From: Diplonema japonicum
Taxonomy: Eukaryota; Protista; Euglenozoa: Diplonemea
Length of the DNA stretch: 64,000 bases
NCBI GenBank assembly: GCA_964019335.1
Contig: OZ025716.1
Span: 372,001 to 436,000, forward strand
Direction: 5' to 3'
In this document: piece by piece, positions 53,101-63,070 of the stretch
Layout: every line of letters begins with the position of its first letter
Position numbering within the stretch: the stretch's first letter is position 1
Made by a program: the position numbers and the translations under genes
Notes under the pieces: generated by a model
What the model was told of the DNA's origin: nothing
What the model saw: only the letters and a program-made list of their open reading frames with translations
Databases searched by the model: none

Positions 53101-55452
53101 AAAGACCACAAGGATGATAAAGACGACAAGGATGATAACGATGACAAGAAGAAGGACGATAGGGATGATAAGGATGACAACAATGACTCGGGGAGCATCT
53201 GCTCCCAGGCGACGGGGACACCAGGCTTCACCCCCGACATGGTGTGCTCGGCGTCCAACACCTGCTCTGTGACATGTGACGGGGTGCTTGCTTGCAAGGC
53301 ACGCAAGGTAGACTGCTCGTCGCCAAGTTGTTCCCTCGCGTGTTCGTCGCACTCCTCTTGCAGGAGTTCCGAGTACAGGTGCAGGGGCGGGAACTGCGAG
53401 GCGACATGCAGTGGAACAGAGGCATGCGCGGGGAGCGTGATGAACTGGAAGGACGGGGACAACATGGCGAAGCTGGACTGCATGGGAACGCACTCGTGCA
53501 TGGACGCAACGATTGAATGCCCTACCTCTGGGTGTGTGGTTCGGTGTGGCGGGTTCGAATCTTGCAAGGGGCTGACACTGAAGTGTCCCTCGAACCTTGC
53601 CTCTGGGAAGAAGTGTGAGATCCAGTGTAGTGGTGACTGGGCGTGCACTGGTGTTGACAATGCGCACATGTGTGGCGAGGTATCTGCTGTTTGCAGTGGG
53701 TACAAGGCTTGCACCGCTGACCTTGGGAGGCTGACGGCAACTGGCTCGGTGCCGACTTGCAAGGAATGGGTGGGCATTGCGAAGTGGGGTCTGCCTGATG
53801 TGTTTTGCGACATCGTGTGCATGGCCGATCCTAGTCAGTCTTTGTGCAGAGGTAGTGTATGCACATGCAAGGGCAGGAATACTGTCCCGCCACCTCCGCC
53901 GGTTGTAGTGACTTGTGCCAATGGCTGGATCGCGACTGCTGACGGTGCTGCTAATGGTGTCACAGAAGCGTGGTGTGAAGCTGTGTGCCCCTTCAGCCTG
54001 GGGCACACTTCATGCACCGGATCTGCAAGGTTCTGCATGTGTCAGCCTAAGGAGACAAACGCCCCTGGAACCCCCGCACCGTGGTCCACCTGTAGCAAAT
54101 GGGTCGGCACTGGTGCAAGCATAACTCATACTGATATCTTCTGCGGCACCATCTGCGGGAACCCTGTCACCAATAGTGTTTGCAACTTAGTGAACAGTGT
54201 CACTGCGTTGTGCATGTGCGGTGACGTCGACCCCTGTGCAGGCACATGGGTGTCCACTGATGCTTCCACTACTGATTCGCAGTGCGCAACGGATTGCTTA
54301 ACAGTTGGAAGTAACAAGAAGTGCAAGGACGTTAACTCTTTGCAAAAGTGCAAGTGCCAGTACAACACAGATGCTCCAGCCACCAGCTCGCCTGCAGCAT
54401 GCTCTACATGGAGGCCTCTGTCGTCCACAAACCTCGCTGATTGCAACTCTCTGTGCAACAACCCCCTCACAGATGTCGTTTGCAAGGCTAGCATCCCCAA
54501 CGTAGTGAGGCTGTGTACGTGTTCAGACATCACCCCTGCACCTGTAACATGCCCGCGGTGGGGCTCGCTCCTGCCTGTGCCTGGTGTGGACTGCGGCGTT
54601 GTGTGCACGAACCCAAAGGTCGACGACGTGTGTTACCCACAGACACAAATCAAACAGCTTTGTACCTGTACCCCTTGCAGTGTGTATGTCCCCTCGGCCA
54701 CTGCACCACAAGGCACCGACTGCGCACAATTGTGCAACGCCGCTGTGCCTTCTCCCTTGTGCTCGTCGCAGTGTGTATGCCAGGGGGTGACAGACGTCCC
54801 TGCCACGCCGATTCCGACAGTGGTGGTAACGCCCGTGCCTCTGACTGGGCTGCTGAGGGTGATCCTCAGAAAGGTGTTCCGGTTCATGATGGCGGCGTTG
54901 TTCAGGTTATTCTCATTAGATGCGTTCCTAGTAACGTTTAGAAGGGCGGCTCAAGCGTTGATAACGAGGGGTACGGGGCATTGGGTGTGTCCCTTGACGG
55001 CGTGCATTGGGGGGTGCCCGAGGACAACGACGTTGAAGTTACAGTTGGGGTGCAGGAGCCACCACCCGAGGAAGGTCACGGAACGTGGGTTCGACGTGCT
55101 GCAGGCCTTCCAGAGTGATGATGGGACAGTGGTCGAGGTCTCTGTGGAGTACCCTGAGGGGGCGGACCAGGCAGCGCTTGATGACCAGATTCAGCAGATT
55201 GTTAAGAACTCCAGTGACCCTGATCTTGCTGCTTACAACATCATCGCATCAGAGGTCGTTGAGACTGAAGTGGTGGCAGAGGTGTCATCTTCCAGCGATG
55301 ACGATTCAACCCCCACATGGGCTATTGTAGTTGCTGTGCTCGGAAGCCTGGTGTGTGTGTGCTGTGCAGTGGGGGTTGTCTTCTTCTGCTGTTGCAAGAA
55401 GAAGCAGCCTGACGACAACTACCCAGACGTCACTGCAGAGACAGAGGTATGA
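50197..55452 (+). CDS. Cys-rich type I membrane/surface protein B (1751 aa)
   Basis: Signal peptide MRVLLLLAALAVCLA; CxGxxSC repeats; three DDK-rich linkers; PTP repeats; TM WAIVVAVLGSLVCVCCAVGVVFF followed by CCCKKK; short tail containing YPDV. Confidence 0.9.
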   Translation: MRVLLLLAALAVCLAKKAKVDKNACSVNQACTCKKNKACDWVCDSTQECRGASMFCDPDNKNECSMSCSGSESCENGHYECTGEGRCSVRCTGTESCRGLKEDDTTDNKDGKDDKDDKDQGPVSNYGIHCDSGTRSCDVKCTGLRSCSDSTAYCASSSCDLECSHSDACSSFSHTCVSGDCTATCSKTQACMLATFDWSSGDMSKLSCSEQKSCKESTITCSRTQGCRIECLGTQSCWGMSLTCPSLPAGKKCEILCAGFESCQGITSSKVSGTWDVSCTGGSACHPDLLPVASTPQPTPSPTPMPTPSPTPMPTPVPTPVPTSTPDTAAPPGNYQCLWQPTLFGLKYTSSWCNAMCNNNLLSDICTSSIPAVKLCECEKLQNSLLTTSRCYGYRGCYNDRLPCTSSTGCMMMCSGMESCRKATIDCTASSHGCTAVCSGYRACTQMTSITSRDDSDDKDKKDDKDDKDDSSSNICSQSTRSASFSPSTHCGADTRECDIRCEGIESCEEMELQCDAKDSCEFSCTDIRSCKNSEYKCTGKGCKATCSGTEACAGSVMNWKDGDNMAKLDCMGTHSCMDATIECPTSGCVVRCGGFESCKGLTLKCPSNLASGKKCEIQCSGDWACTGVDNAHMCGEVSAVCSGYNSCTSELLSLTSVAPITCSNSWQPTIDGSIRGYDNALCEAACSNGQLNDMCDPTGVSATLAPDTNAPPAACSDWVLQVGKIFTGSCNLVCNDILQSALCSSFCECRDTGAPLTLAPPVVAPTCNNWKFKLGIGPVFISGDCNSICSGVLDISLCKQFCECAEKAVYCTCSTGAGIPAPGNVGSPTSKSCAVWKSTSSIVPRAVCEAMCTESFLQNVFYLPRKCTGGNELCGCDDHAVKCYKNGNCVCHNNKPCTFPCELTKSCYNSDITCGNRDCDVDCSGDLSCSRSVIRCANGSPNCDIKCSGHQACMMETVVVVVDDKDDKDHKDDKDDKDDNDDKKKDDRDDKDDNNDSGSICSQATGTPGFTPDMVCSASNTCSVTCDGVLACKARKVDCSSPSCSLACSSHSSCRSSEYRCRGGNCEATCSGTEACAGSVMNWKDGDNMAKLDCMGTHSCMDATIECPTSGCVVRCGGFESCKGLTLKCPSNLASGKKCEIQCSGDWACTGVDNAHMCGEVSAVCSGYKACTADLGRLTATGSVPTCKEWVGIAKWGLPDVFCDIVCMADPSQSLCRGSVCTCKGRNTVPPPPPVVVTCANGWIATADGAANGVTEAWCEAVCPFSLGHTSCTGSARFCMCQPKETNAPGTPAPWSTCSKWVGTGASITHTDIFCGTICGNPVTNSVCNLVNSVTALCMCGDVDPCAGTWVSTDASTTDSQCATDCLTVGSNKKCKDVNSLQKCKCQYNTDAPATSSPAACSTWRPLSSTNLADCNSLCNNPLTDVVCKASIPNVVRLCTCSDITPAPVTCPRWGSLLPVPGVDCGVVCTNPKVDDVCYPQTQIKQLCTCTPCSVYVPSATAPQGTDCAQLCNAAVPSPLCSSQCVCQGVTDVPATPIPTVVVTPVPLTGLLRVILRKVFRFMMAALFRLFSLDAFLVTFRRAAQALITRGTGHWVCPLTACIGGCPRTTTLKLQLGCRSHHPRKVTERGFDVLQAFQSDDGTVVEVSVEYPEGADQAALDDQIQQIVKNSSDPDLAAYNIIASEVVETEVVAEVSSSSDDDSTPTWAIVVAVLGSLVCVCCAVGVVFFCCCKKKQPDDNYPDVTAETEV

Positions 55453-57168
55453 GAAGATGGGGTAGGTAGTCTAAAATTAAATTATTTTCTTAGAAGCCGC
55501 AGCCTGAAGAGCTTAAGGGAGAGCCTTGTGTGTCGTTCCAGGAGGACGTCGTCTGAGCAGGGGGTGAGTTTTTTTTTCTCTTCTTTTTCATTTCTTTTTT
55601 CTTGATGCGTCGTATCGTGATGTAATTTTTCTTCGGTGAGCGCAAGACGCATACCTTAAAAGAATAATTTTCTTTTTCGTTATGTAAACAAGTAAACACG
55701 AAAAGTAAAGAGGTGGTGGCCCTAAAAGCATTGCAACTGGAAAGCACTTGGGCTCCTCTCGTTTCTTCCCTACCCCCCTTCCCTTCCCTTTTGTTTTTGT
55801 TGCCATTCTTCTCGGTCTGTTAGGTGAAGGGAGTTATGACACCTATCCAAGCTTAACACAGAGACAGAACCACGAAAAAAAAAAAAAAAAAAAAAAAAGG
55901 AGGGTTTTTTTTTGTTCCCCCCCTCCCCTCAAGAAGTAACTTCTTATTTTTTGCCATCCGTCTTCCCCCCCCTTGGGGTATCAGATATTGAGGCAGTTTA
56001 TTCTCTTTTTTTTTTTTCCTCCCCTGTCCATTTGTATTTTCAGAAGAATGAAGTTTTTTATTTATTTTCCTCGCAAACCCGTTATGTTATAAGTAAGACC
56101 TTAGTGACACTTCAGCTGTGTTACGGCTCTGTATGAGAAAAACAAATTGTTTTTATCAGTTTTACTCATCAGACACGATTTCTTGAGAGTACCTTCTTCT
56201 TCTTTATTCTCTTTTGGAGCTCACTATCAGCAGCCAACGCCAAAACACATCGCCCCCCTTTTTTTTTTTATAAAAAGTAGCTGTAGCTAGTTTCGGCCCA
56301 TTGTTTTGCAAGATTCTTTTTTTTTTTTAGTTTACATTTTCTTTTTTTGCTCTCCCCCGAAGATTTCAATAGGTAAAAACCCCATTTTTTTTCCTTTTAG
56401 AAATCTCTTTTTTTTATTCCTCCCCCCCCCCCCCCATGTTGCGTTCTGATGTTATTTTCAAATAAGAGAAATCCCTCCTCCTTTGTAAGTGTTTTGGCTT
56501 TTTATTTTATATTTTTATTTTTTTTTCTCCCCTTTCGTCCTCTGGACCGAAGTGACCGAAGAAAGCATCTCTAGTGCCACGAGGCCGCCTTCTTAGGAAC
56601 GCAGGCATCGTGAGCGTTAGTTGATTTTGTACAGGTTTCTTCTTCTTTCTCCTCCTTGATATCCAAACGCTTCTTTTTGGGTGGGGGGGGCATAGGTCAC
56701 CTCTCCCAACCGGCGAAGGCACCAGCCAGAGATAAAAAACAAAAAGAAAACCCTTTTGTCTTTTTGTCTTTTCTAAAGGTTTCTGCCAATGTGATTGCAA
56801 GCGACGAGAAGGAGCACTTTCCTTAGCAGTAATTCAATTTCTTTTTTTTTTTTTTTTTTATCCACGACCCTACATCGTGCGTGGGGTTGAGTTTGACGGA
56901 TCACTGCCTGGCTAGCTCCAGCTGTTTTTCTTTTTTTTTTTAAAGGGCGCCGCCAGGTCCCCTTTAACTCTTACATTTTTTTCTTTCTCTCTTTTTTTTT
57001 TTTCTTTCTCCCCTCGTACACTCTCTTCTCTCTCGACGCCATTTGTTATCTTCCTTCCCATTTTTTTTTAAGGTTTTTAGTGCTGGGCCGAAAAACGGGG
57101 GAAGAAAAAAAAAAAAAAAAACACACACAAAAAAAAAGAGAAAGAAAAAGAGGGGGGGAAAGCTCCCA

Positions 57169-57862
57169 ATGAGCGCCCTGCTCCGGAGGTCACGGGTGCT
57201 GCTAGCAGAGGTACCACAATGGGAGTCTTCTGAACCGAAGTGGAAGCAGGAACGTATGAAGAAGACCACCGCACAACACAACAACAACAACACTACAGAA
57301 CGGCCTGGCAATCCATTCCTGCGGCCGGACCCCTGGCAGATGAGTGATGAAGGGAGAGACGCCAGCAAGAAGTACACAATGGAAGAGATGCAGGAGCGTT
57401 ACGGTGAGGCACCGCACCCCAATCCGTATGCCGTGATTTTAAATTAAACTCACATAATAATTCCCCCAGGACCGACGATGGGTATCTGCCTGTGGACAAG
57501 GTGCCTGATTTGTACAAGTTTGGTCAGGAGGTGTGAAGAGAATGAAAAGAAAAAAAAGAAGAAACACACACACACACACACAACAGGGAGATAAAATACC
57601 CGGCTTAGTAATCATGAAAGACCAGCAAACACCCGTTATAAGAAAGCTGGAGGACTACCCTGGAATCTGGTACTTTCTTGACGGTCACAACACCCACCGA
57701 GCGATCCAGGACTGGGAAAAACAGGCCGAGACAGGGAACATGCTTCCTTGGGACAACACATTCCGTCGGCACAAGCTGCACTTCCGTCTGAGGTACAAAG
57801 CCATTGCCATGTCATACGGCCCTGCCGGGCCCAAGAAGAGCAAAACAAAGCGTGGGAAATAG
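57169..57862 (+). CDS. Mitochondrial ribosomal protein mL54-like, 3 exons (57169-57425, 57470-57530, 57587-57862; 197 aa)
   Basis: Euglenozoan-type presequence MSALLRRSRVLL. GT-AG introns 57426-57469 and 57531-57586 join into one frame. GDKIPGLVIMKDQQTPVIRKLEDYPGIWYFL resembles the mL54 core GLNxxKxGxDPxxxxDxEYPxWLW. Confidence 0.68.
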
Positions 57863-58243
57863 TGATCAGCACGCGTATAACAGGGGGGGGGAGATCGAGT
57901 GTTCTTTTTTTTTTTTTTTTTTTCCTTCATTTTATTATTTCGTTCGTATTTTTCTTTTTCTCGGTTTTTGCACCCCCTCTTTTTTTTTTTTTCCCGCTGA
58001 TCTCTTTTCTTAGGTTGTTTTTTTTGGGGGGGGGTGGCTCCAGTTCGACTACCGCCTGAAGGCTTTTGCATTCCTGAGAACGACAGAAAAATGTTCCTCG
58101 GGGCCAGGCGACGCACATACGCACCTTAAAAGCGTACAAGGACGCTTCGCCCATGTCAGGCGAAAGCCCCAAGTTTTTAATAGAAATTCCAAACGTAGTT
58201 TTTACCCATCTCGCATAAAAGGAAGAAGAAGAAAGGCAACTAA

Positions 58244-58615
58244 ATGTCGTCGCTCACACAGAGGTTCGATGCCCTCGAAGAAGCCAAGAGCAACATGACC
58301 GCGCAGGAGTACAACGAAGCTGGGACACTGCTAATGGAGAAACATGGCTTTTGCAGCGAAAACTGTTTGCAGCTTGCCAGGATGGGTGTGCTGGAGGGCG
58401 TGGAGGCGGAGCTGGAGAAGATCGCGCAACAGAACCCGAAAGACAAGCACGAGGCATGTATGCAACTCGCTCTATCTCTTGTGAGCTGCCCGTCCTCCAA
58501 GGAAGCCTCGGTTACATCAGCTCTTCACAGCATTGCGAGACTTGCCCCCATACTTTCCCAAGAGACGCTTGCCTCCGTTAGGAAGGAGGTCCTTTTCTCA
58601 GTTTGTGAAAAATGA
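58244..58615 (+). CDS. Hypothetical helical protein (123 aa)
   Basis: ATG-initiated, GC-rich coding-like composition between AT-rich spacers; no family recognised. Confidence 0.6.
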   Translation: MSSLTQRFDALEEAKSNMTAQEYNEAGTLLMEKHGFCSENCLQLARMGVLEGVEAELEKIAQQNPKDKHEACMQLALSLVSCPSSKEASVTSALHSIARLAPILSQETLASVRKEVLFSVCEK

Positions 58616-58771
58616 AACTTTGTGGCGCTTTAACAAGCTGCCCCTCTTCGTTTTCCTTTTGAATCGTCGATTGTATAATACTCATTACTCATTGCCGCTC
58701 CGGTTACTTTCTCTCAAATCAACTTTTAACTTTTTTATTGTTGCATATGACTCATCGCACTTGTGCAGGAT

Positions 58772-59134
58772 ATGTCTAGCACAGAAGATTTGTCGGAGGT
58801 GAAGATCCTCCTCAGCCACATCATCCACCCGTCCCTCAAGGGCGGGTCAATGGTCCCCTACACCTACCGTGCCTACGCATTCGACGATGTCCCCGGTGCG
58901 GGGCTCCTTACACTCGTGTCCCTGCTGGCTGGGATCGCTGGGCTTATTGCCCGAAGCAGCCTTTGCTCGTGGCTCGCCTTCTTCAGCATCTTAAGTAGTG
59001 TTGTGGACACCCGACAGTCCGAACGCGACATGAAGCTCATCTGCATCTGCAGCACACTGGCAGTCATGGGGCTCGTCATTGACTATCTGCTGGCCTGGCC
59101 TGAGTTCGTGTGGTGGCCTTTGGTGGTATTGTAA
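58772..59134 (+). CDS. WDR83OS: Asterix / PAT10 (UPF0139) PAT-complex subunit homologue (120 aa)
   Basis: Three short TMs with the pattern DD..LLTLVSLLAGIAGLIARSSLCSWLAFFSILSSVVDTRQSERDMKLI...LAVMGLVIDYL, paralleling Asterix. ATG 58772 after CAG|G. Confidence 0.72.
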   Translation: MSSTEDLSEVKILLSHIIHPSLKGGSMVPYTYRAYAFDDVPGAGLLTLVSLLAGIAGLIARSSLCSWLAFFSILSSVVDTRQSERDMKLICICSTLAVMGLVIDYLLAWPEFVWWPLVVL

Positions 59135-59250
59135 ATAAGAATGGGACAGGATGAAGAAACATACGATATGAAAATAAGGTTATACGTTTTGATTTTCTGA
59201 CGCTTGTATTTTTATCATCACAACAACAGGTCTTGCACCACAACAACACC

Positions 59251-62200
59251 ATGCTTCTCGTCACGCTGGCTGCCGTGGCCGGGATCCCTCTCTTGAATAT
59301 CACAACGGGGTCGAACTGGCCTGCCCCCAACGGGGGCCTCTTCCCGGGTGACGTGCGGGCGAAGGTGGTTGTCCCGAAGAGCACCGGCGGAAAGGTGACG
59401 AGCCAGGTGCAGGTGTGGTGGCGGAGGTCTGACGCGGGCCCCGACAACAAGGGGGTGATGGTGATGGACAGCAGCAACAAGGCCCTCGAGGTGACGGTGA
59501 CGTACGCCACGAGGGACTGCGGGGTGATGGATGTGACACACGAGGACGACGGGACCCCCTTTTACGTGTACTGGCTTCCCCACTACCAGTCGGGTGGCGG
59601 GGCCAACCTCCACTTCCACTGGTACAACTGCACGGAGCAAACGAGGGCGTGCGTCTTGAATTCCGAGCCGACGACGACCGCGACGTGCAGTGCGGTGACA
59701 CCTGGGGCCTCGTTCGTGCAGGGGATCGAGAACAGGCCGAACAACAGGGCGTCTCGGGACCACACCCCGGATGGGCACGCCTTCCACGGGTTCACCCCTC
59801 TCGAGCTGACCGCGACGGCACAGGAGATGGAGGCCCACCACAGCTGGCTTCGGGAAGCAGGCACGACGGTGTCGCTGTTCATGGAGAGCAGGAGGAACCA
59901 TGCTCGCCTCTTCAACTACCTCCCCGCTCTGTGGGCCAGAAAGAACAACCAGACCAGCTTGGTGGTGAGCGCTGCCCCCGGGGAGTACCTCACCTACCAG
60001 GTGGGGTTGTACTCTGCCCAGGGGACCGTGAACGTGACCGGCGTGACCTTCTCTCCCCTCACCTCCTCTGGTAGCGCTCCCACCATCCCCTCCTCCGTGC
60101 AGACCTGCTTCAACCTCGGAGGAACAAGTCAAACAGGTGAACCGTTCAAAAAGCAGTTCTTCGTGAAGGAGCAGAAGGTTGGGGTGATGTGGATGGGGGT
60201 ACAGATCCCGACAACCGCAACCGGGTCCTTCACGGGGACGGTGCAGGTGAGCACGGGCGGGGGCAGCCCCCTCCCTCCCTTGTCCGTGACCGTGAAGGTG
60301 GAAGGGCAGGCTGTGGATGACCAAGGAGACAGCGACATCTACGGGATGAGCAGGCTGAGGTGGCTGGACTCCACCCTGGGCCACGACGACAGCGTGACCT
60401 CCCCGTACACACCGATGACGTACACGACGAACGCTTACGGCATCCTCCTCAGCCTCCTGAACAAGCAGGTGCAGGTCGGTGTGGACGGGATGCCCATGCA
60501 GGCGACGGTGACGACGGTGAAGACGCGCCTTGGGAAGCAGGTGAATGTTGAGACGATGGCGATGGCCTCCCCGATGAAGTTCGTGGTGAAGGACACAAAC
60601 GGTGTTTCTCTGAAGCTGAACGCTGGGGGCGTGAAGGTTGTGAGCCACACAGACGCGGCTGTGGCGTGGGAGGCGACGATGACGGCGACGGCGACGAGCG
60701 GAAGCGTGAACCTGGTTGTGAGGGGAACGGCACACTTTGACTCCTACATCGAGATGTCGATGGTGATCTCTGGGACCGCTGCTGTCGGGGACATCCAGCT
60801 CCAGGCGGCTCCCAAGGATGCAGGGTACATGGCCGGTTGGGGCTTGAGCGGGACTACCTTCCAAGACCTTGAGTGGCGGTGGACGACCGACAAACATGAC
60901 TGCGCGGTGTGGGCGGGCGGCGCCGATGCAGGGTTCATGCTCAAGATCAAGGGGGCTGGTGACGAGTGGAACAACCCCTTGTACAGCAAGGACCAGCCGG
61001 AGATCCCTTTCATCCCCACCTCGTGGGGTGGTGCGAACTCCACGAACGGTGCCTACGGAGCAAATATCACGAACGGGGTCGCGGTTGCGTTCAGCGGCCC
61101 CAGGCAGTCGCTCAGCAAGCCCGTGACATTCTTGTTCGACGTCGCCTTCACGCCTGCTAAGCCCTTCAACATCACGACACACTTCGGCGAGAGGTACTTC
61201 CAGGTCGGCTACGGGACGCAGTACATCTCGCCGCAGGATATTGCCGCCAAGGGCGCCACCGTTGTGACGCTTCATCAGGGAACACCCGATGTGGTGAACG
61301 ACACCCTTGTGAACCCTTACATCAACTACCCCTTTGTCCCCGACACCGTGGAGCTCATGGAGAACTACTCCTCGCAGGCACACGCTCTGGGAATGCGGAT
61401 GAAGTACTACTACACAGTGAGGGAGCTGAGCAACCACGCTGTTGAGTTGTATGCTTTGATGTCCCTGCAAGGGGAGATCCTCACCGACACTGACCCGTAC
61501 GTCGAGCCGCAGTCCGGGTACTGCCAAGATTGGGATTGCCACGGGGGAGACGTGTACCTCCACGAGCACCTGGGAACGAACTACACCTACTGCTGGCAGC
61601 AATCCCTTTCGAATGGGGACTGGGACGCGGCCGTGTGTGACAAGGGCTCGACAAGGTGGTTCAACTACTACATCGAAGGCTTGGCGTGGGCTGTGAGCAA
61701 GGCCCCGCACGTAGACGGCGTTTACTTCGACGGGATCAACTTCGACCACAAGTCAATGAGGAGATTCCGCAAGGTCCTTGACAAGTCAGCCACGGGGAAG
61801 CAGTTCAGCCCTCTCGTCGACATCCACACGGGGAACTTGGGGCCCAAATCGCCCCCTTCGTGCCTGTACATCGCTTACTACGCCCACGCCAACACCCTGT
61901 GGAACGGTGAAGGCTTCCAGTTCAGCAACGGGGAACCGTACTGGTTCGCCGACTACTCTGGCGTGCCGTTCGGTGTGGCGGTCGACAGGCTTGGGGGCAG
62001 CACGAACGACAACTTCCGTGGGATGCTGTACGGGACGACACAGAGGAACACGGGGATCGCGTCTTCTCTGTGGAGCTTCTGGGACACGTACAAGATCCAG
62101 GAGACGGCGATGTTCGGATACTGGGAACCTGCAGCAGACCTTCCCTTCACGCTGGACATCCCGGCAGGGACGCAGATCAAGGTGACAACGTTTCTGAAGT

Positions 62201-62412
62201 ACTCCGAGTTCGCGATTGTGGTGGTGGCTTCATGGGAGGGCGGCGATGTGGATGTGAAGGTTGTCGGAAACAGCACCGCACTGGGCGGGAGCCCTGTCAC
62301 GGCGGTCGCTCCTGCTATCTCGGGGCTGCAGTCCCAGGCGGCGCACGGGAACCTTGCGGCACCCATCAAGGTGGCGGGCAATGCAGGTGTCATCTTGTAC
62401 GTCACGTTGTGA
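59251..62412 (+). CDS. Secreted DUF6067 / GH123-like glycoside hydrolase (1053 aa)
   Basis: Signal peptide; motifs VWWRRSD..P, YVYWLP, SRLRWLDSTLG.D..V..PYTP, NPYINYPF, KYYYTVRELSN, RWFNYYIEGL, DGVYFD, LWNGE, which I recall from bacterial DUF6067 proteins. Confidence 0.72.
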   Translation: MLLVTLAAVAGIPLLNITTGSNWPAPNGGLFPGDVRAKVVVPKSTGGKVTSQVQVWWRRSDAGPDNKGVMVMDSSNKALEVTVTYATRDCGVMDVTHEDDGTPFYVYWLPHYQSGGGANLHFHWYNCTEQTRACVLNSEPTTTATCSAVTPGASFVQGIENRPNNRASRDHTPDGHAFHGFTPLELTATAQEMEAHHSWLREAGTTVSLFMESRRNHARLFNYLPALWARKNNQTSLVVSAAPGEYLTYQVGLYSAQGTVNVTGVTFSPLTSSGSAPTIPSSVQTCFNLGGTSQTGEPFKKQFFVKEQKVGVMWMGVQIPTTATGSFTGTVQVSTGGGSPLPPLSVTVKVEGQAVDDQGDSDIYGMSRLRWLDSTLGHDDSVTSPYTPMTYTTNAYGILLSLLNKQVQVGVDGMPMQATVTTVKTRLGKQVNVETMAMASPMKFVVKDTNGVSLKLNAGGVKVVSHTDAAVAWEATMTATATSGSVNLVVRGTAHFDSYIEMSMVISGTAAVGDIQLQAAPKDAGYMAGWGLSGTTFQDLEWRWTTDKHDCAVWAGGADAGFMLKIKGAGDEWNNPLYSKDQPEIPFIPTSWGGANSTNGAYGANITNGVAVAFSGPRQSLSKPVTFLFDVAFTPAKPFNITTHFGERYFQVGYGTQYISPQDIAAKGATVVTLHQGTPDVVNDTLVNPYINYPFVPDTVELMENYSSQAHALGMRMKYYYTVRELSNHAVELYALMSLQGEILTDTDPYVEPQSGYCQDWDCHGGDVYLHEHLGTNYTYCWQQSLSNGDWDAAVCDKGSTRWFNYYIEGLAWAVSKAPHVDGVYFDGINFDHKSMRRFRKVLDKSATGKQFSPLVDIHTGNLGPKSPPSCLYIAYYAHANTLWNGEGFQFSNGEPYWFADYSGVPFGVAVDRLGGSTNDNFRGMLYGTTQRNTGIASSLWSFWDTYKIQETAMFGYWEPAADLPFTLDIPAGTQIKVTTFLKYSEFAIVVVASWEGGDVDVKVVGNSTALGGSPVTAVAPAISGLQSQAAHGNLAAPIKVAGNAGVILYVTL

Positions 62413-63070
62413 GCAAGAAACAGCGGCACAGTGTTCTTTTCTTTTTTCGAATGCACGATCCCCTCGTTCATTGTGCGTCTTTCTTCTTCTTTTTTCTAAC
62501 GTCCGGCGAAGATGCTGATACATGGGAATCAAGAACCATTTGGCACATGATAGCTTTTCTTGTCCCTCTCCTCCAATCTTCCCTCTTTTTCATAATGTTC
62601 CGACGTTTTGTTTTTTATCGTTTTCTTTCTTCATTCATTCATCCTCGTTTTTTTGTTAAGAAAAGAATCTGTTATTACAGTCGAAGTTCTTTGCTTTGCC
62701 GCAGTTATCCCTGTTGGTCCACCCTGAGCAATGGATGATACGGTGGCTTTGAAGAATACAGGCTAGAAGAAACTATGTTATTCCATTTTCTTTGGGGTTC
62801 ATCAGGCTTTAAGATTCCTCGATCAAGTGTTTTTTATGTTTTTGATGTGTTGATTGTTTCCTTTTTTTCCACCCCTTCCTCAAAGCAAGGGAGAGAGGAC
62901 TTAAAAGATGGCCCCCAAAGAGCCAAGGTAGCTTTGCTTTTCTTCGTAGTCGATCCTTTTCCAGACTAGCGGACGCGAGACCTTTCTTTTGTGGTTGTGC
63001 TCCATTTCGTTACTTTGTCAGCTCTACATTTCTTCCGGGCAGCATTCTTGCAGGTTTCCACAAAAAGAAG

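Noticed and set aside
52906-54006. 300-366 aa antisense ORFs in surface protein B
   Set aside because: Shadows of Cys/Asp codon-rich sense sequence.
45766-55452. Hedgehog-like ligand for the Patched array
   Set aside because: No Hedge or Hint/Hog motifs recognisable in the Cys-rich proteins or elsewhere in the window.
57404-57469. Alternative intron donor GTGAG at 57404
   Set aside because: Puts exon 2 in a frame that does not join the mL54-like exon 3; the donor at 57426 keeps the frame.
59218-61749. 843-aa antisense ORF
   Set aside because: Shadow of the high-GC3 glycoside hydrolase gene; V/H/R/G-rich with no motifs, and opposite to the cluster strand.
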